A stretch of 64,000 bases of DNA from Eledone cirrhosa (lineage: Eukaryota), in assembly GCA_964016885.1 (NCBI GenBank), contig OZ024741.1, positions 156,488,001-156,552,000 on the forward strand, written 5' to 3'. How positions within the stretch are numbered: position 1 is the first letter of the stretch; the number at the start of each line of letters is the position of its first letter. The translations under genes and the position numbers were made by a program. This document shows, piece by piece, positions 50,378-64,000 of this stretch. The notes under the pieces are model-generated. The model searched no databases, had not been told where the DNA came from, and was given only the letters and a program-made list of their open reading frames with translations.

Positions 50378-52190
50378 AAAGCTTGAGTCCTTACTGAATG
50401 GGACATTACATAACATAGACACTAAAGATAAATTGGAAATAAATGACAAAACTGGGGGGGGGGGCTAAATATTATCAGAGAGAAACTGAAGCAACGCATT
50501 GTAGCAAAAAGTGCAAAGATTAGATGGTATGAGAACAGAGTCACTCAGTATAGACAGAACCAGTATAGACACTCAGTTTGACAACAGCCAGAAGATGTCG
50601 TTTGGACAGCTTGAAGGGAAAGAAAGAGGCAACGACGTGATCCCTGAGGCGGAACAGACTAAGACATTCTGGAGAGGAATATGGGAGAAGGATGTTGAAC
50701 ATAATGGTCAGGCAGTGTGGATTGGGACAATTCAAAAGGAGACTAGTAAACAGGCACACCAACAACCTGATTTGAGTATCACAGTTGAAATTGCTAAAGG
50801 GCAGGCCAAAAAACTAATCAACTGGAAATCACCAGGCCCAGATGGTGTGCAGGGGTATTGGATTAAAAATATAACATCCCTCCACCCGAAACTGACAACC
50901 ATGTTCAATGACTGCTTGATGTCGGGTGAGGTACCAGAGTGGTTGACAAATGGTGCCACAGTTCTGGTAATGAATGACCGAATCAAGGGTAAGGATGTTA
51001 CCAACTATAGGCCTATCACATGTTGGTCCGTAATGTGGAAACTGTTAACAAGCATTGTGTCTGAGGAAATCTTCCATCACCTCCACATAAACAACTTGCT
51101 ACCGGACCGTCAGAAAGGATGCCGAAAGAAGTCCCGTGGTACAAAAGACCAGTTACTTACTGATAAGATGGTAATGAGGAATTGCAAGAGGAGGCATACT
51201 AGTCTTGTCATGGGATGGATAGATTACAAAAAAACTTTCGCCATGGTACCGCTTTCTTGGATAACCAAAAGCCTAGAGATCTTCAAGGTGGCAGATAACA
51301 TTAGACAGTTGTTGAGCAAAAGTATGAAGCCCTGGGAAACAGAGTTAACATCGGGTGGAGAATCCTTGGGAGGTGTGAAGATCAAGAGAGGTATCTTCCA
51401 TGGAGAGAGTTTGTCCCCTCTGCTGTTTGTCCTTGCCCTGATACCCCTGACCGTTATATTGCGAAAAGTGACAGCAGGATACAAGTTGGGAAAAGGAGAG
51501 CTTACCATCAACCACCTCCTCATCATGGACGATCTTAAACTCTTTGGGAAGAGAGAGAAGGTGTTGGATGTACTTGTTGACACTGTCCGTATTTTCAGCA
51601 ATGATATATGTATGGAATTTTGTATTAATAAGTGTGGAGTCCTAGTGATGAAGAGGGGTAAATTAAGCAGAAGCAACGGATTCCAGGTACCAACAGGTGA
51701 GATGATACAGGAATGAGGAGGGATACAAATATTTAGGTGTTCTGGAGGCAGATGACATCAAGAACAAAAAAATGCAGGAATTGATAAGATCAGAGTACAT
51801 AAGGAGAGTAAGTGTAGATGTAGCCTGCCCATTTGACATGAGAGTGCAAGAAAAGGAGTGGGGGAAAATTAACCGATACCAGGACATAAAGTGGCAGTTA
51901 AAAAGGATTTGGAACTGCCATGAAGTCAGAGTCGTCCCGATTGTCATAGGCGCACTAGGTACTATCTCAAATAGTTTCCAAGGATGCTTAAAGAAAATTA
52001 GTCCAGCCCCGCTTTTTGGAACACTTCAAAAGGCATGCTTGCTGGGAACAGCAAAAACCCTCCGATACTTCCTGAATATCTGAGGGTGCATGTAGCGGCT
52101 TGATATTCATTTCAACAAACTTTCCAGTTAAATAACATCAATGACTGAGATTCAAAGAATAATAATAATAATAATAATAATTATAATAAT
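50378..52190 (+). mobile_element. Second R4/Dong-type LINE (copy E), 5'-truncated and internally deleted
   Basis: 401-aa ORF 50511-51716 (WKSPGPDGVQGYW, NYRPITC, WIDYKK, GIFHGESLSPLLF, IMDDLKL). Jumps at ~51810 to the RLE region (VDVACPFD..VPIVIGALG). (TAA)n tail at 52158-52190. Confidence 0.92.
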
Positions 52191-52191
52191 A

Positions 52192-52583
52192 ATTGTTTCT
52201 ACTTTTGGCACAAGGCCAGCAATTATCACAGTACTTTACTGGTACTTTATTTAATCGACCCCGTAAGGATGAAAGGCAAAGTTAACCTCGGCGAGATTTG
52301 AATTCAGATCGTAAAGGGACGTAACTATGCTGGAAAGCATGTCCGACCCTCTACCGATACTGCCAATTCACCGCCCTTATAATAATTATAATAATAATTG
52401 TTTCTATTTTAGGCACAAGGCCAGCAATAACCAGTACATTACTGGTACTTTATTTTATCGACCCCGTAAGGATGAAAGGCAAAGTTAACCTCAGCGGGAT
52501 TTGAACTCAGAATGGAAAGGGCCGTAACTCTATGCGTCAAAGCATGGTGTCCGACTCTCTACCGATACTGCCAATCCACCGCC
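52192..52583 (-). mobile_element. Two tandem SINE family 1 copies
   Basis: Units ~52192-52377 and ~52397-52583, heads GGCGGTG(G/A)ATTGGCAGTATCGG, linked by an (ATT)-like run. Confidence 0.92.
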
Positions 52584-52603
52584 ATTATAATTATAATAAT
52601 AAT

Positions 52604-55600
52604 GATTTCATTTATTAGCCACAAGGGCCGACATGTAGGGGACAATACAAAGACAGGGACAGTGGAGGTTTACAATAAGGTCGAGTAAAAGTGCACAATG
52701 GCAAGACTAATTTAACAATGTAGATATAAAAAATGTAAAATAAACTATGCATAAATATAACAAAATAAATTCCCCGATAGGGGGTGGACGACCCTGGGGT
52801 AACTCAGGTACCCCACCAATCCTGAACCACCTTCTGCTTCTAGGGCACCCAGGGAAAGCACACCTCTCCTCAAGGTTAGCTAGCCTATAGGCGCGTAGTC
52901 AGAGTAGGCCCATTCACATAGGCCATTCTTGCCACATTCATCCATCTTTTAGCAAATGTATTGGGGGGGGGCATCACTTCTCTCTCTCCACCCTCACCTT
53001 CCTTTCCAGGTGAAACTTGAAGAAGTTGATGAGGGACTGGCCGAAGAGAAATGTGTCTGTCTTCAATCCTTTTAATCTGGTCCACCATATAATCTCTTTC
53101 GCAATGGCCACCAGGCAGAGGAAAATTTCCTGCTCTTCCTGACCTAATGAAGACGGCGGGTCGATCTTCACAATGGACTCGGCCGATAGCCGGGTTCATT
53201 CCACACGCGACAGTAGCTGTTCGGCATAACTCCACAAGTCAGGAATGCACGGACATTGTACAAGGGCGTGCAGAATGGTTTCGTCATTCTGTGCGCATCT
53301 TGGGCAGGTCCGTCTGACAGCACTTCCGTGCCTGTAGAGTTTATCCCGAACCGGCAGTGCCCCCCGGTAGCACTGCCAAGCGAGGGATTTCTGGAAATTG
53401 TCCATCGTCCCCGGCTCGAAAGTCCTCCGTTACAGACAGGTCAGTTCGACTTCGTCGAGGCCCAAAGCTTCTCCGAGTGCCTCATCGCACATTCCCACCA
53501 CTAATCCTCTAAAGAACTCGAGAGTGGAAGTTCCACTGATCGCATTGCTCACGTGGTAGAGGACAGTGAGTGCCTGGCAACATTCCAGGTGCCAGTCACC
53601 CAGTCTTGGTCTCTTCTTGACCCAGGACTGCAGCTCAGTCAAAGAAACGAGCTGCGGAAAGGCCCGTCTGATAAACGGCGACCACACCTGTTCACGGTTT
53701 AGGCAGAATATCTGGAGATGTCACAGCCTCAACGCATGTCTGCGCATCATTAGCCACGGCAGGCCCAGCCCTCCGCGTAGAGGGTGCTGGCAGCAGATGG
53801 ACTGCCTCACCAACGGAACTTGTCCCCTCCACAAGAATTTGAAGAGGAGCCGTTCGAACTTGACGAGGCGCCGACGAGGGCAAGGCACGACGGTCAGACA
53901 GTAGTAGATGACGGACTCGATGTACGCATTCGCCACCTCCGCGCGACCTTTCAGTGATAGCTTCCTCCCAGCTTATTTTTGGGTGAGACTGGCTACTCTG
54001 CTCGTTACCTCGTCCCAATTCTTTTCCACCTAGAGGTCTGGTCCGAACCAGACCCCGAGCAACTTTACCGGTCCGTCCGTCCTCGCTGTTGGACGGCATA
54101 GTCTTGCCACTCCAGGTTCCGAGCTGCAACCCAACGACTTTTCCGGCTTAAGTTTGGCTCCTGTCAACCTTTCATATTCCTTCAATAAGGTGCCGACCAT
54201 CTCGATTTCTGAGGTGTCCGACACCATGACGGTGATGTCCTCCGCATAAGCCGACACCGCCTTTCCACGTCCTAGTTCGAGCGGGATGCCCTGCAACAGC
54301 TCCATCTTCCGTAGTAAAGGCTCGAGAATCAATACGTACAGAAGGGAAGAGAGAGGGCACCCTTGACGGACCGAGCGTGTGCCGCTCTGCATTGCATCGA
54401 TCCAGTTTCTGAAGACAGGGCCGAAGCCAGCTGCTTTGAGGACAAACTCCAGATACCGATGGTCGACCCTATCGAATGCTTTCGATTTATCTAAATTGAT
54501 CAGTGCCCCACCGAAGCCAGGTTTACACCCTACAACTTCTATGATGTATCGCATGAGATGGAGATTGTCGTGTATGGACCTGGCTGGGATTGCGCAAGTT
54601 TGCGCGTCTCCAACCAAATTCTCGACGACAAGCGCCAATTTCTTTGCTAACACCTTGGCCAAAATCTTAAACTCTGTGTTGAGCAGAGATATGGGCCTGA
54701 ATTTGCCTAATGTATCCTTCTTGTTCTCGTCTTTCCTAATCAGCGTCACCACTCCCCGGCTCATAGAACTGGGAATACGCCCATTCTGCTGTCAGTTGCA
54801 GTAGAGTGCTTCGAGGAGATCAGAGAACAAGTCTAGCATATTTGCGTAAAGCTCGTAGGGCAGGCCATCCAAACCGGTGAACTTGCGCCTCATGCAGCGG
54901 ACAAGGGCGTCCTAAATTTTGGCTGAAGTAATCGCCTTTCGCAACGCTCAGAGTCGACCGTCGAGATGCGCAACAAGCCGTCAAGGTAGGGACTGAAATC
55001 CGCTACTCTCCTGACTCGCCACTCTCCCTGAACAACCGAGCAAAGTGCTGGTGAAAGGTCTCACACATCCGCTTGGAATCGCTTATCTCGTGTCCGTCTC
55101 GGTCCGCAAAAGACCAAATTGTGGTTTTATTACCACGCTGCGCCACCGCCACGTGGTCCCATCTTACAGCTTTAGTTCCCACGTTTCTCAGCGCACGCGC
55201 CTTAGCTCTGACAATGCAACCTTCGAGTTTCGCATTGAAGAAATTGTCTAATGCCATTCTCGCCGATAGCACGTCAGTTGCGATCCCACTACAAATAGCC
55301 TCGTCTAACTTATCTACTAGCCTCCCTCCCTTTCTATTTTTCTCTAACGCTAGTTCTTTGCTGAAATCTATCGAACTTACTCTGATCTCTCTTTTGAGAG
55401 CCCCCCACCATCTGTTGTTGATGATCCCCCTGTCAACGTTTCCTTAACTAAATTGTTGACTCGGCCCCTGTAAGCCTTACGTGCCGGAAATGACATGTTC
55501 AGCTTCCAGTAACCCGGTCCCAACCTATACGTTTTATCTAGGTCGACCATACAGATCACAAATTTGTGATCTGAATAGGCGACCGCTTTAAAAACTGGGC

Positions 55601-58389
55601 AGCCTACACCATTTCTATCTATTTTCCTAATGAAGATCCTGTCTATATACGATCTAGATGACCCCATGCGGTTGGTCCATGTCCATATTGTCGCATTGGG
55701 GAAATCTAGTCGATACCTGTCAGACAGTTGGAACTGGCATATTAGGTGCTTGAGGCTTTTGCCCCCGCCGCTCCTATTGGATACTCCCACACAATTCCAG
55801 CGTGCGTCTAAGATGCCGTTCCAGTCCCTGCTAACAGTAAAGGGCGAGACGTATCCAGAAAGGTCTCCAGGCGCCTAAAGAAGTCCGGTCGTCCGGCCCT
55901 TGTAGGGGCGTAGACGGCCAGCAGTCTAAAGGCACCACCTTCGCTACTGCTCACATCCAAGACCACCAACTTACGTCCGGGTCCCGGAAGATCAACCTTA
56001 CCTCGAGATCCAGTCCTTTCCTAAACAGCACTACCACCCCACCTCCCATTCCCGGCCTGCTAACAGATGCGAAGATCTGATAGTCGTCGAAAATGGGGGC
56101 TAGTGCGTGCGTGTCGGAAATTCCTGTCTCGCTGACGGCAAACACATCCATTTCCAGCGACCTGAGGTCGTTGAGCAGGCGACCCTGCTTCCAGGGTGAC
56201 CCCAGGCCGCGAACATTTAAACTTCCTACTCTTAATATGGCCATGTTGGCAAGCTAAAAGTGAGTGGGAAGGTTTCCTTACCTCCCGGGGTCTTGTGAAG
56301 GTCGGGTAGTTCGACCTCCATGGTTGGTGGGGTTTCTTTGAGGAACCCCTTTAAAAGTCTCGATGTGGGTTTCACATTCGGGGTTCCCACGTCTTGATGA
56401 AAGCTCTCCCGAATTTCTTTGAAGGAATCGAGTGACATTCGGACCAGAAGCAAATCTTCTGGCACGCAAAATGTGCTCATTTCAAAGATCTCCCCTTCTG
56501 TTCGAATGTCCTCGCTTCGTGCTAAGAAGGCCATCAGTTTATCGTTGGCCCTTCTGACAAGCACGGAGTTTTTAACATTGTGCTGGTGTGGTTTTATTTG
56601 TTTTCGTTTTGGTGACTGTGGTGGTGATGGTTTTGGTGGTGTTGTTTCGGGTATGTCTGTGTTTGTTGTATGGGATTGTGGGGTCGGTGTCGATATTAAT
56701 GTTGGTGCTGATGTTATTGGGGAAATGTTTACGTTAGTGGTGTCTGTATTTCTTCTTGCGTATGATTTTGTGTTTTGTTGGGGCTTTTTTGTGAGTTTTC
56801 TCTGTTTTATTTGCACTTTTTGGTTTTCCTTCATCTTCCGTGCTGGAAGACAAAGGGTCTGTGGCTGTGAGTGTCTCTGTGTCTGTGTGTGCGTTTATTG
56901 TTTTGTCTATGTGTATAATTGGAGGGGTAGGAGGAGTGGGAGAGCTTACCTCGTTTTCCCGTTGGATTGGTTTCGGTGTTGGTGGTGGGCGGGCTGTTTT
57001 TGATGTTGGTGTCCCTGTCTTTGTTGGTGTTGTTTTTGGTGGTGGTTGCTGACACTGGCGTTGGCAACAAAAGAGGTTTGCGACCCCCTGCATTTTTGCG
57101 CTACGGGGGCAGAAGTATTGCAGATGCGTTGCTTCCCTGCAGACGAAGCAGTGCGGGCTTCTTCCCTCAGTGATTAGTTGGATTGTTGTCCTGTCCTGCA
57201 GGCGGGCAAAATCCGGGATGTTGTTCATGTCCTCCGGTTTCATTTGGAGAAGAATCTCCAAATCCATTCCGGACCAGTCTTCTCTCTTTGTCCTTTTGAT
57301 GTCCAGGAGGGTAGTGTCTGTCCCTTCCTCGATTACGCATCCTAGGAGCCACCATATGTTCATTCCTGGTGGGATCCTGGGAATGCGGACCATTATTGTC
57401 CCTTTTCCCATGTAGGACGGGTGCATGATAATGCGTTCCGTTCTGCAGGGGGCCACCGAGTGCTTAATAGCAAGGGCCTCGGTTTTGAACAGTACCGAGA
57501 TGGTACCGAACTGTTTGCCTATTGCTTTATACTCTATGTCACTTCCGATGCACTCCAAAGCAGCCTCGACCTCTGCTTGGCTGGCAAGTTCCACTTTGTG
57601 TGTCTGCACTGAAATGCATCGAAAGTACACCGTCCTCCTTTGCATGGCCGCTATTGCCCCGTCCGGGATGGTCAGGTTTGGCCAGGACTTCTCCCGTTTA
57701 ATTAACCTCCATGCCTGGGCCAAATGTTCGTCTTTATCGCTAATATCAATATTCAATAAGCGCTTTGTTTTTTTCTGCTGCAGCAAAGGTGGTGCCTCTG
57801 TTGCTCTTGTTGTTGCTGTTGTCGTTCTTGTTGTTGTTGTTGGTGTTGTTGTTATTTGGTTTGTTGTTGCTGTTGCCATCCGTATTTACATTGAAGCTGT
57901 CGGTGTTATTGTCGTCGGTGTTCTGAGCTGTTCTTGTAGTGGTGGTGGTGGTAGTGGTGATGTCGTTTTGAGATGATACTGCTACTAACACAGAAGAGAG
58001 CGGCTGTAATGGTAGCTGTTGTGTTTTGCCTTCACATTCAGTGGAATGGTCGACAGACATGTCTGTAGTAGTCGTAGTTGTGGTGAGATCTACAGTGGCT
58101 GCTTTTGAACTTTTGACCTGAACGTTTTTTACCGTTTCAAGGTCGAAAATTTCCATGTTTTTTTTTTATTGGGGAGGGAAAATTTATTTTTCGAAGTTCT
58201 TAAAGATAAATCTGAATATTCGGGCTTAAAGCCCAAATATTGAAAGGTCTCCCATCCTTGGAACTAAGGTGGGTACTTTATGTTTCGTTAACGACAAGAA
58301 AATACAAAAAATGATACTTTAAAACAGCTTAAAATTACGAACCTTCCCCCCCCCCCCGCAGGCTTGTACGTCTTCATACATGTGCGTCC
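52604..58389 (-). mobile_element. Full-length Tx1-group LINE copy C (disrupted), inserted in a SINE array
   Basis: 5' end ATT|GGACGCAC; ORF1 58156 to ~56275 (CFVCREATHLQYFC); ORF2 56244-52885 (MAILRVGSLNVRGL, KFRPISLLNTEFKILAK, VRQGCPLS, AYAED); 3' end identical to copy A. Confidence 0.95.
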
Positions 58390-58586
58390 AATAATAATAA
58401 TTGTTTCTACTTTTGGCACAAGGCCAGTAATTATCCCAGTACATTACTGGTACTTTATTTTATCGACCCCGTAAGGATGAAAGGCAAAGTTAACCTCAGT
58501 GGGATTTGAACTCAGACCGTAAAGAGGCATAACTATGCTACAAAGCATGGCGTCCGACTCTACGGATACTGCCAATCCACCGTCCG
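58390..58586 (-). mobile_element. SINE family 1 whose (ATT)n tail leads directly into Tx1 copy C
   Basis: Minus strand GGTGGATTGGCAGTATC..GAGTTCAAATCCC..GGCCTTGTGCCAAAAGTAGAAACAATTATTATTATT|GGACGCAC. Confidence 0.92.
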
Positions 58587-60194
58587 ATAATAATAATAAT
58601 GAATATCGGTTTTATTATACAAATGGGAGAAACAAAACTTAATATATGGGTAATGTGGTGTATATTGTATTATAACTGTGATTCGAATTTGAAAATGCAT
58701 TTAACCACAACATTTCTGGCCCTCGAGTTACTCGTGTAGCTTCTCAGCTATGACAAAATTTTCAACAACATATATAACTAGATTGTCTTTATTGGAGAAA
58801 ACTTTCCCAGAATGGAAATAATCGATAACGTTTTGTGAATCAATGTGTGTATTGTATTGCCTGCAGAAGGTTGTGGTTGTTATCACTATTATTAAGACAT
58901 CAAAAGTTCATTTTATATAATGATGTTTAGGAATACCAAACTGTATAGAATGGAATGAGCTTTCGTCGGTGTCAATGATGAGTGCTCTAAATGTTCGAGC
59001 ATCGGAACAGCTTTAGCATGAATTAACGTGTAAGTGTCTAAGCATTCCACAGACACATGAATCATTCAAGGGAGATTCAGCGTGATTATGGGAGTGTGAC
59101 TTAGGTGGATCCTTGAATTACAGGTTCAGTTTATACGACGGGCTTCCAAACAGTTTCTGTCTACCTAATTTCATTACAAAACTTGGATTAATTCGAGGCT
59201 ATGGTAAATTACATTTGTCTCAGATTCCACTGAGTGTGATCGACACTGGAAACTAAAAGTGGAATGAAACAAAGGGAAATAAAATATCTTGCTCAAGGGC
59301 AGAATGCGATACCGGAAGTCGAACTGTCGACCTTACGATCGAGAGGTGAACACCCTAACTCATAAGACAGATGCTTTAGAATCAGAATTGTATTTACATG
59401 GGTGTGTATAGAAAAATACCGATTTGTATTATTCTTGGCAGAGAGAGAGGGGGAGTGCAATGAAGCATTTCTCGCCAGTGTGTTTAGTTACACAATAGTT
59501 AAATCGAACAGATTACCATACAATGAAAGAACATTTTAGCAGATAATGGATTTTCTCATCTTGTTTGCTGAAATGCTAAAAACGTGGGTGACTGGGTTGG
59601 TGTGTTGGTGTAGGACAATTTCATTTCAATTTAGTAGGCAAGTTAATTCACCAGTTGGTCATTGTTGTATCTATGCTTAGCCCAAGGGTTGAACCCACTT
59701 TTAACAGAGAATATTTCACAGATAGAATATTTAAGTGCTTTGATTAAAGCAAGAGGATCAGAGGAAATCAATAATGATCTGTGTCGAAGGGAGTTCAACA
59801 CATTATTAAGACACCAACCCTCAAACCGAAAACAACCCCTCTATCCAGCCCTCCATTCACTAAACTCTCCAGCCAACCCACTTATTCAGGTAATCATAAC
59901 AAAATCAACAATGGCCCGTGCCGGAAAATAGTACACACAAAGAGTTCCAATTTGTGTATTTTTAGACAACATGTTTATATAAGGGGTGATAGAAAGCACA
60001 TAATTGTGGCTGACTGTGGTTAAGTTGTTCGGCTCGTAATTGTGAGATTGTAAGTTTTATTCACGGCTCTCGCGACGTGGTGTGGCACTTGTGAAAGATA
60101 TTTTATTTTACAACATGCTCCAGTTCATTCAGCTGGTAAAAATGATTTGTACCTGTAACTCAAAGGATCAACCTTGTTATACATTGTGTAATTA

Positions 60195-60570
60195 CTGATG
60201 CTTTATTTTATCGACCCCGTAAGGATGAAAGACAAAGCTAATCTCGACGGGATTTGAAATCAGAACGTAAAGGGCCGTAACTATATGCCGTAAAGCATGT
60301 TGTCCGACGCTCTACCAATACTGCCTATACACCACCCTTAAAAATAATTGTTTCTACTTTAGGCACAAGGCCAGCAATTTTGGGGGAGGGAAAAGTTGAT
60401 TAAATCGACTCCAGTGCGTGACTGGTACTTTATTTTATCGACCCCGTAAGGATGACAGGCAAAGCTAACCTAGGCGGGATTTGAACTCTGAATGTAAAGG
60501 GCCATAACTCTATGCCGCAAAGCATGTTTTCCGATGTTTTATAAGTACTGCCAAACCACCACCCTATACT
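60195..60570 (-). mobile_element. Two tandem SINE family 1 copies
   Basis: Bodies TTTTATCGACCCCGTAAGGATGA at ~60205 and ~60433 (plus-strand view). Confidence 0.88.
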
Positions 60571-61246
60571 CAGCAACAATAACAATAATAACGGTTTGGT
60601 TGGGGAGAAAATAACATACTTTAACCTCAAATCGGCATTGATCAAGTATCAGAGGCGCTCCAGCCATGATCTTTCCATCATTATATTATGTCTATAATCC
60701 GGTATGTTTGGTTTCACTTATATGATCTAGCGTTTGATCACCACGCATGTCTGCACCATGGCTTCGGTTCAACCAAAGCCGAATGAGGGAAATTGTGTGA
60801 AAATCTGTCAGATGGTTTTACTTGTAATTCAACGGAGTGGAATATTTAACTACTTTCAAGCTGTTTGGTTATTGGATCAACATGGGTTCAACACTAAATA
60901 ATAATAATGCTGAATCAATTACACATTAATTCACGAGTTCACACGTCCAGTTGATCGAATAACTGAATGCTTATCAGTGATATCAGTAAATGATCCATCA
61001 TCATCATTAACTTCTTTTCTACTCTCTTGGTGTTTATTTCTCTTGGAATCGACTACGTTACACAAACAATTATGTTTAATACAAGAAATAGTAACAAGAT
61101 TGAGTGAGAGGCTAGCAGGCAGACAAGAATCCTGACTTGTCTATATAATAATTGACACATCCTGACCTGACTATGTAATACAGCAATCAACACCCATATC
61201 TATACCCTGACATGACTATTTAATATAGTAACAGCCACCCACATTA

Positions 61247-64000
61247 CTATATAATATAACAATCAACACCCACATTAGTATCCTGACTATATAATATAAC
61301 AATCAACACCCACATTAGTATCCTGACTATATAATATAACAATCAACACCCACATTAGTATCCTGACTATATAATATAACAATCAACACCCACATTAGTA
61401 TCCCGACCTGACTATATAATATAACAATCAACACCCACATTAGTATCCTGACTATATAATATAGCAATCAACACCCACACTAGTATCCTAACCTGACTAT
61501 ATAATATAGCAATCAACACCCACATTAGTATCCTGACTATATAATATAACAATCAACACCCACATTAGTATCCTGACCTGACTATATAATATAACAATCA
61601 ACACCCACATTAGTATCCCGACCTGACTATATAATATAACAATCAACACCCACATTAGTATCCTGACTATATAATATAACAATCAACACCCACATTAGTA
61701 TCCCGACCTGACTATATAATATAACAATCAACACCCACATTAGTATCCTAACCTGACTATATAATATAGCAATCAACACCCACATTAGTATCCTGACCTG
61801 ACTATATAATATAGCAATCAACACCCACATTAGTATCCTGACCTGACTATATAATATAACAATCAACACCCACATTAGTATCCTGACTATATAATATAAC
61901 AATCAACACCCACATTAGTATCCTGACTATATAATATAACAATCAACACCCACATTAGTATCCTGACCTGACTATATAATATAGCAATCAACACCCACAT
62001 TAGTATCCTTACCTGACTATATAATATAGCAATCAACACCCACATTAGTATCCTGACCTGACTATATAATATAACAATCAACACCCACATTAGTATCCTG
62101 ACCTGACTATATAATATAACAATCAACACCCACATTAGTATCCCGACCTGACTATATAATATAACAATCAACACCCACATTAGTATCCTGACTATATAAT
62201 ATAACAATCAACACCCACATTAGTATCCTGACCTGACTATATAATATAGCAATCAACACCCACATTAGTATCCTGACCTGACTATATAATATAGCAATCA
62301 ACACCCACATTAGTATCCCGACCTGACTATATAATATAACAATCAACACCCACATTAGTATCCTGTCCTGACTATATAATATAGCAATCAACACCCACAT
62401 TAGTATCCTGACCTGACTATATAATATAACAATCAACACCCACATTAGTATCCTGACTATATAATATAACAATCAACACCCACATTAGTATCCTGTCCTG
62501 ACTATATAATATAGCAATCAACACCCACATTATTATACTGACCTGACTATATAATATAACAATCAACACCCACATTAGTATCCTGACTATATAATATAAC
62601 AATCAACACCCACATTAGTATCCTGACTATATAATATAACAATCAACACGCACATTAGTATCCTGACTATATAATATAACAATCAACACCCACATTAGTA
62701 TCCTGACCTGACTATATAATATAGCAATCAACACCCACATTAGTATCCTGACCTGACTATATAATATAACAATCAACACCCACATTAGTATCCCGACCTG
62801 ACTATATAATATAACAATCAACACCCACATTAGTATCCTGACTATATAATATAACAATCAACACCCACATTAGTATCCTGACCTGACTATATAATATAGC
62901 AATCAATACCCACATTAGTATCCCGACCTGACTATATAATATAACAATCAACACCCACATTAGTATCCTGACCTGACTATATAATATAGCAATCAACACC
63001 CACATCAGTATCCTGACCTGACTATATAATATAGCAATCAACACCCACATTAGTATCCCGACCTGACTATATAATATAACAATCAACACCCACATTAGTA
63101 TCCCGACCTGACTATATAATATAACAATCAACACCCACATTAGTATCCTGACTATATAATATAGCAATCAACACCCACATTAGTATCCTGACCTGACTAT
63201 ATAATATAACAATCAACACCCACATTAGTATCCTGACCTGACTATATAATATAACAATCAACACCCACATTAGTATCCTGACTATATAATATAACAATCA
63301 ACACCCACATTAGTATCCTGACCTGACTATATAATATAACAATCAACACCCACATTAGTATCCTGACCTGACTATATAATATAACAATCAACACCCACAT
63401 TAGTATCCCAACCTGACTATATAATATAGCAATCAACACCCACATTAGTATCCCGACCTGACTATATAATATAACAATCAACACCCACATTAGTATCCTG
63501 ACTATATAATATAACAATCAACACCCACATTAGTATCCTGACCTGACTATATAATATAACAATCAACACCCACATTAGTATCCTGACCTGACTATATAAT
63601 ATAACAATCAACACCCACATTAGTATCCCAACCTAACTATATAATATAGCAATCAACACCCACATTAGTATCCCGACCTGACTATATAATATAACAATCA
63701 ACACCCACATTAGTATCCTGACTATATAATATAACAATCAACACCCACATTAGTATCCTGACTTGACTATATAATATAACAATCAACACCCACATTAGTA
63801 TCCTGACCTGACTATATAATATAACAATCAACACCCACATTAGTATCCTGACCTGACTATATAATATAACAATTAACACCCACATTAGTATCCTGAACTG
63901 ACTATATAATATAGCAATCAACACCCACATTAGTATCCTGACTATATAATATAACAATCAACACCCACATTAGTATCCTGACCTGACTATATAATATAAC
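61247..64000. repeat. Minisatellite, 40/45-bp unit ACTATATAATATA(A/G)CAATCAACACCCACATTAGTATCC(T/C)G[ACCTG]
   Basis: More than 60 near-identical tandem units to the window end. Degenerate units at ~61130-61246. Confidence 0.98.

Noticed and set aside
61247-64000. CRISPR-like array or repeated MLYYIVRILMWVLIV ORFs
   Set aside because: Units are contiguous with no unique spacers and there are no cas genes. The ORFs arise because the 45-bp unit is a multiple of three.

Overview
This is eukaryotic, repeat-saturated animal DNA. The SINE, LINE and microsatellite style suggests a cephalopod (octopus-like), but that is inference. I found no intact host gene. The window holds: (i) three full-length but disrupted Tx1-group (L1 superclade) LINEs on the minus strand (34611-40387, 40406-45407, 52604-58389) and about seven older fragments; (ii) a near full-length R4/Dong-type RLE LINE (46333-50376), a second deleted one and several fragments; (iii) two tRNA-derived SINE families; (iv) RTE, Penelope-like and hAT remnants, and small MITEs with TIRs and TSDs; (v) a 1.1-kb compound trinucleotide repeat and a 40/45-bp minisatellite running off the right end. 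The main unexplained structure is 34.5-58.6 kb, a chain of LINEs and SINEs joined almost entirely through (AAT/ATT)n linkers. The Tx1 elements and SINE family 1 both begin at ATT|GG, end in (ATT)n and share a similar 3'-terminal sequence. This suggests a microsatellite-targeting LINE/SINE pair that rebuilds its own target, with Dong-type LINEs using the opposite strand of the same repeat. Other candidates are a frame-independent GGTAAGT splice-donor motif at the Tx1 ORF1 stop, a pseudoknotted 5' UTR in the Dong element, a minimal hammerhead ribozyme beside an inverted repeat, and a fold-back element with two convergent tRNA-like heads. All coordinates were read by eye, and family names come from motif recognition, not database searches.
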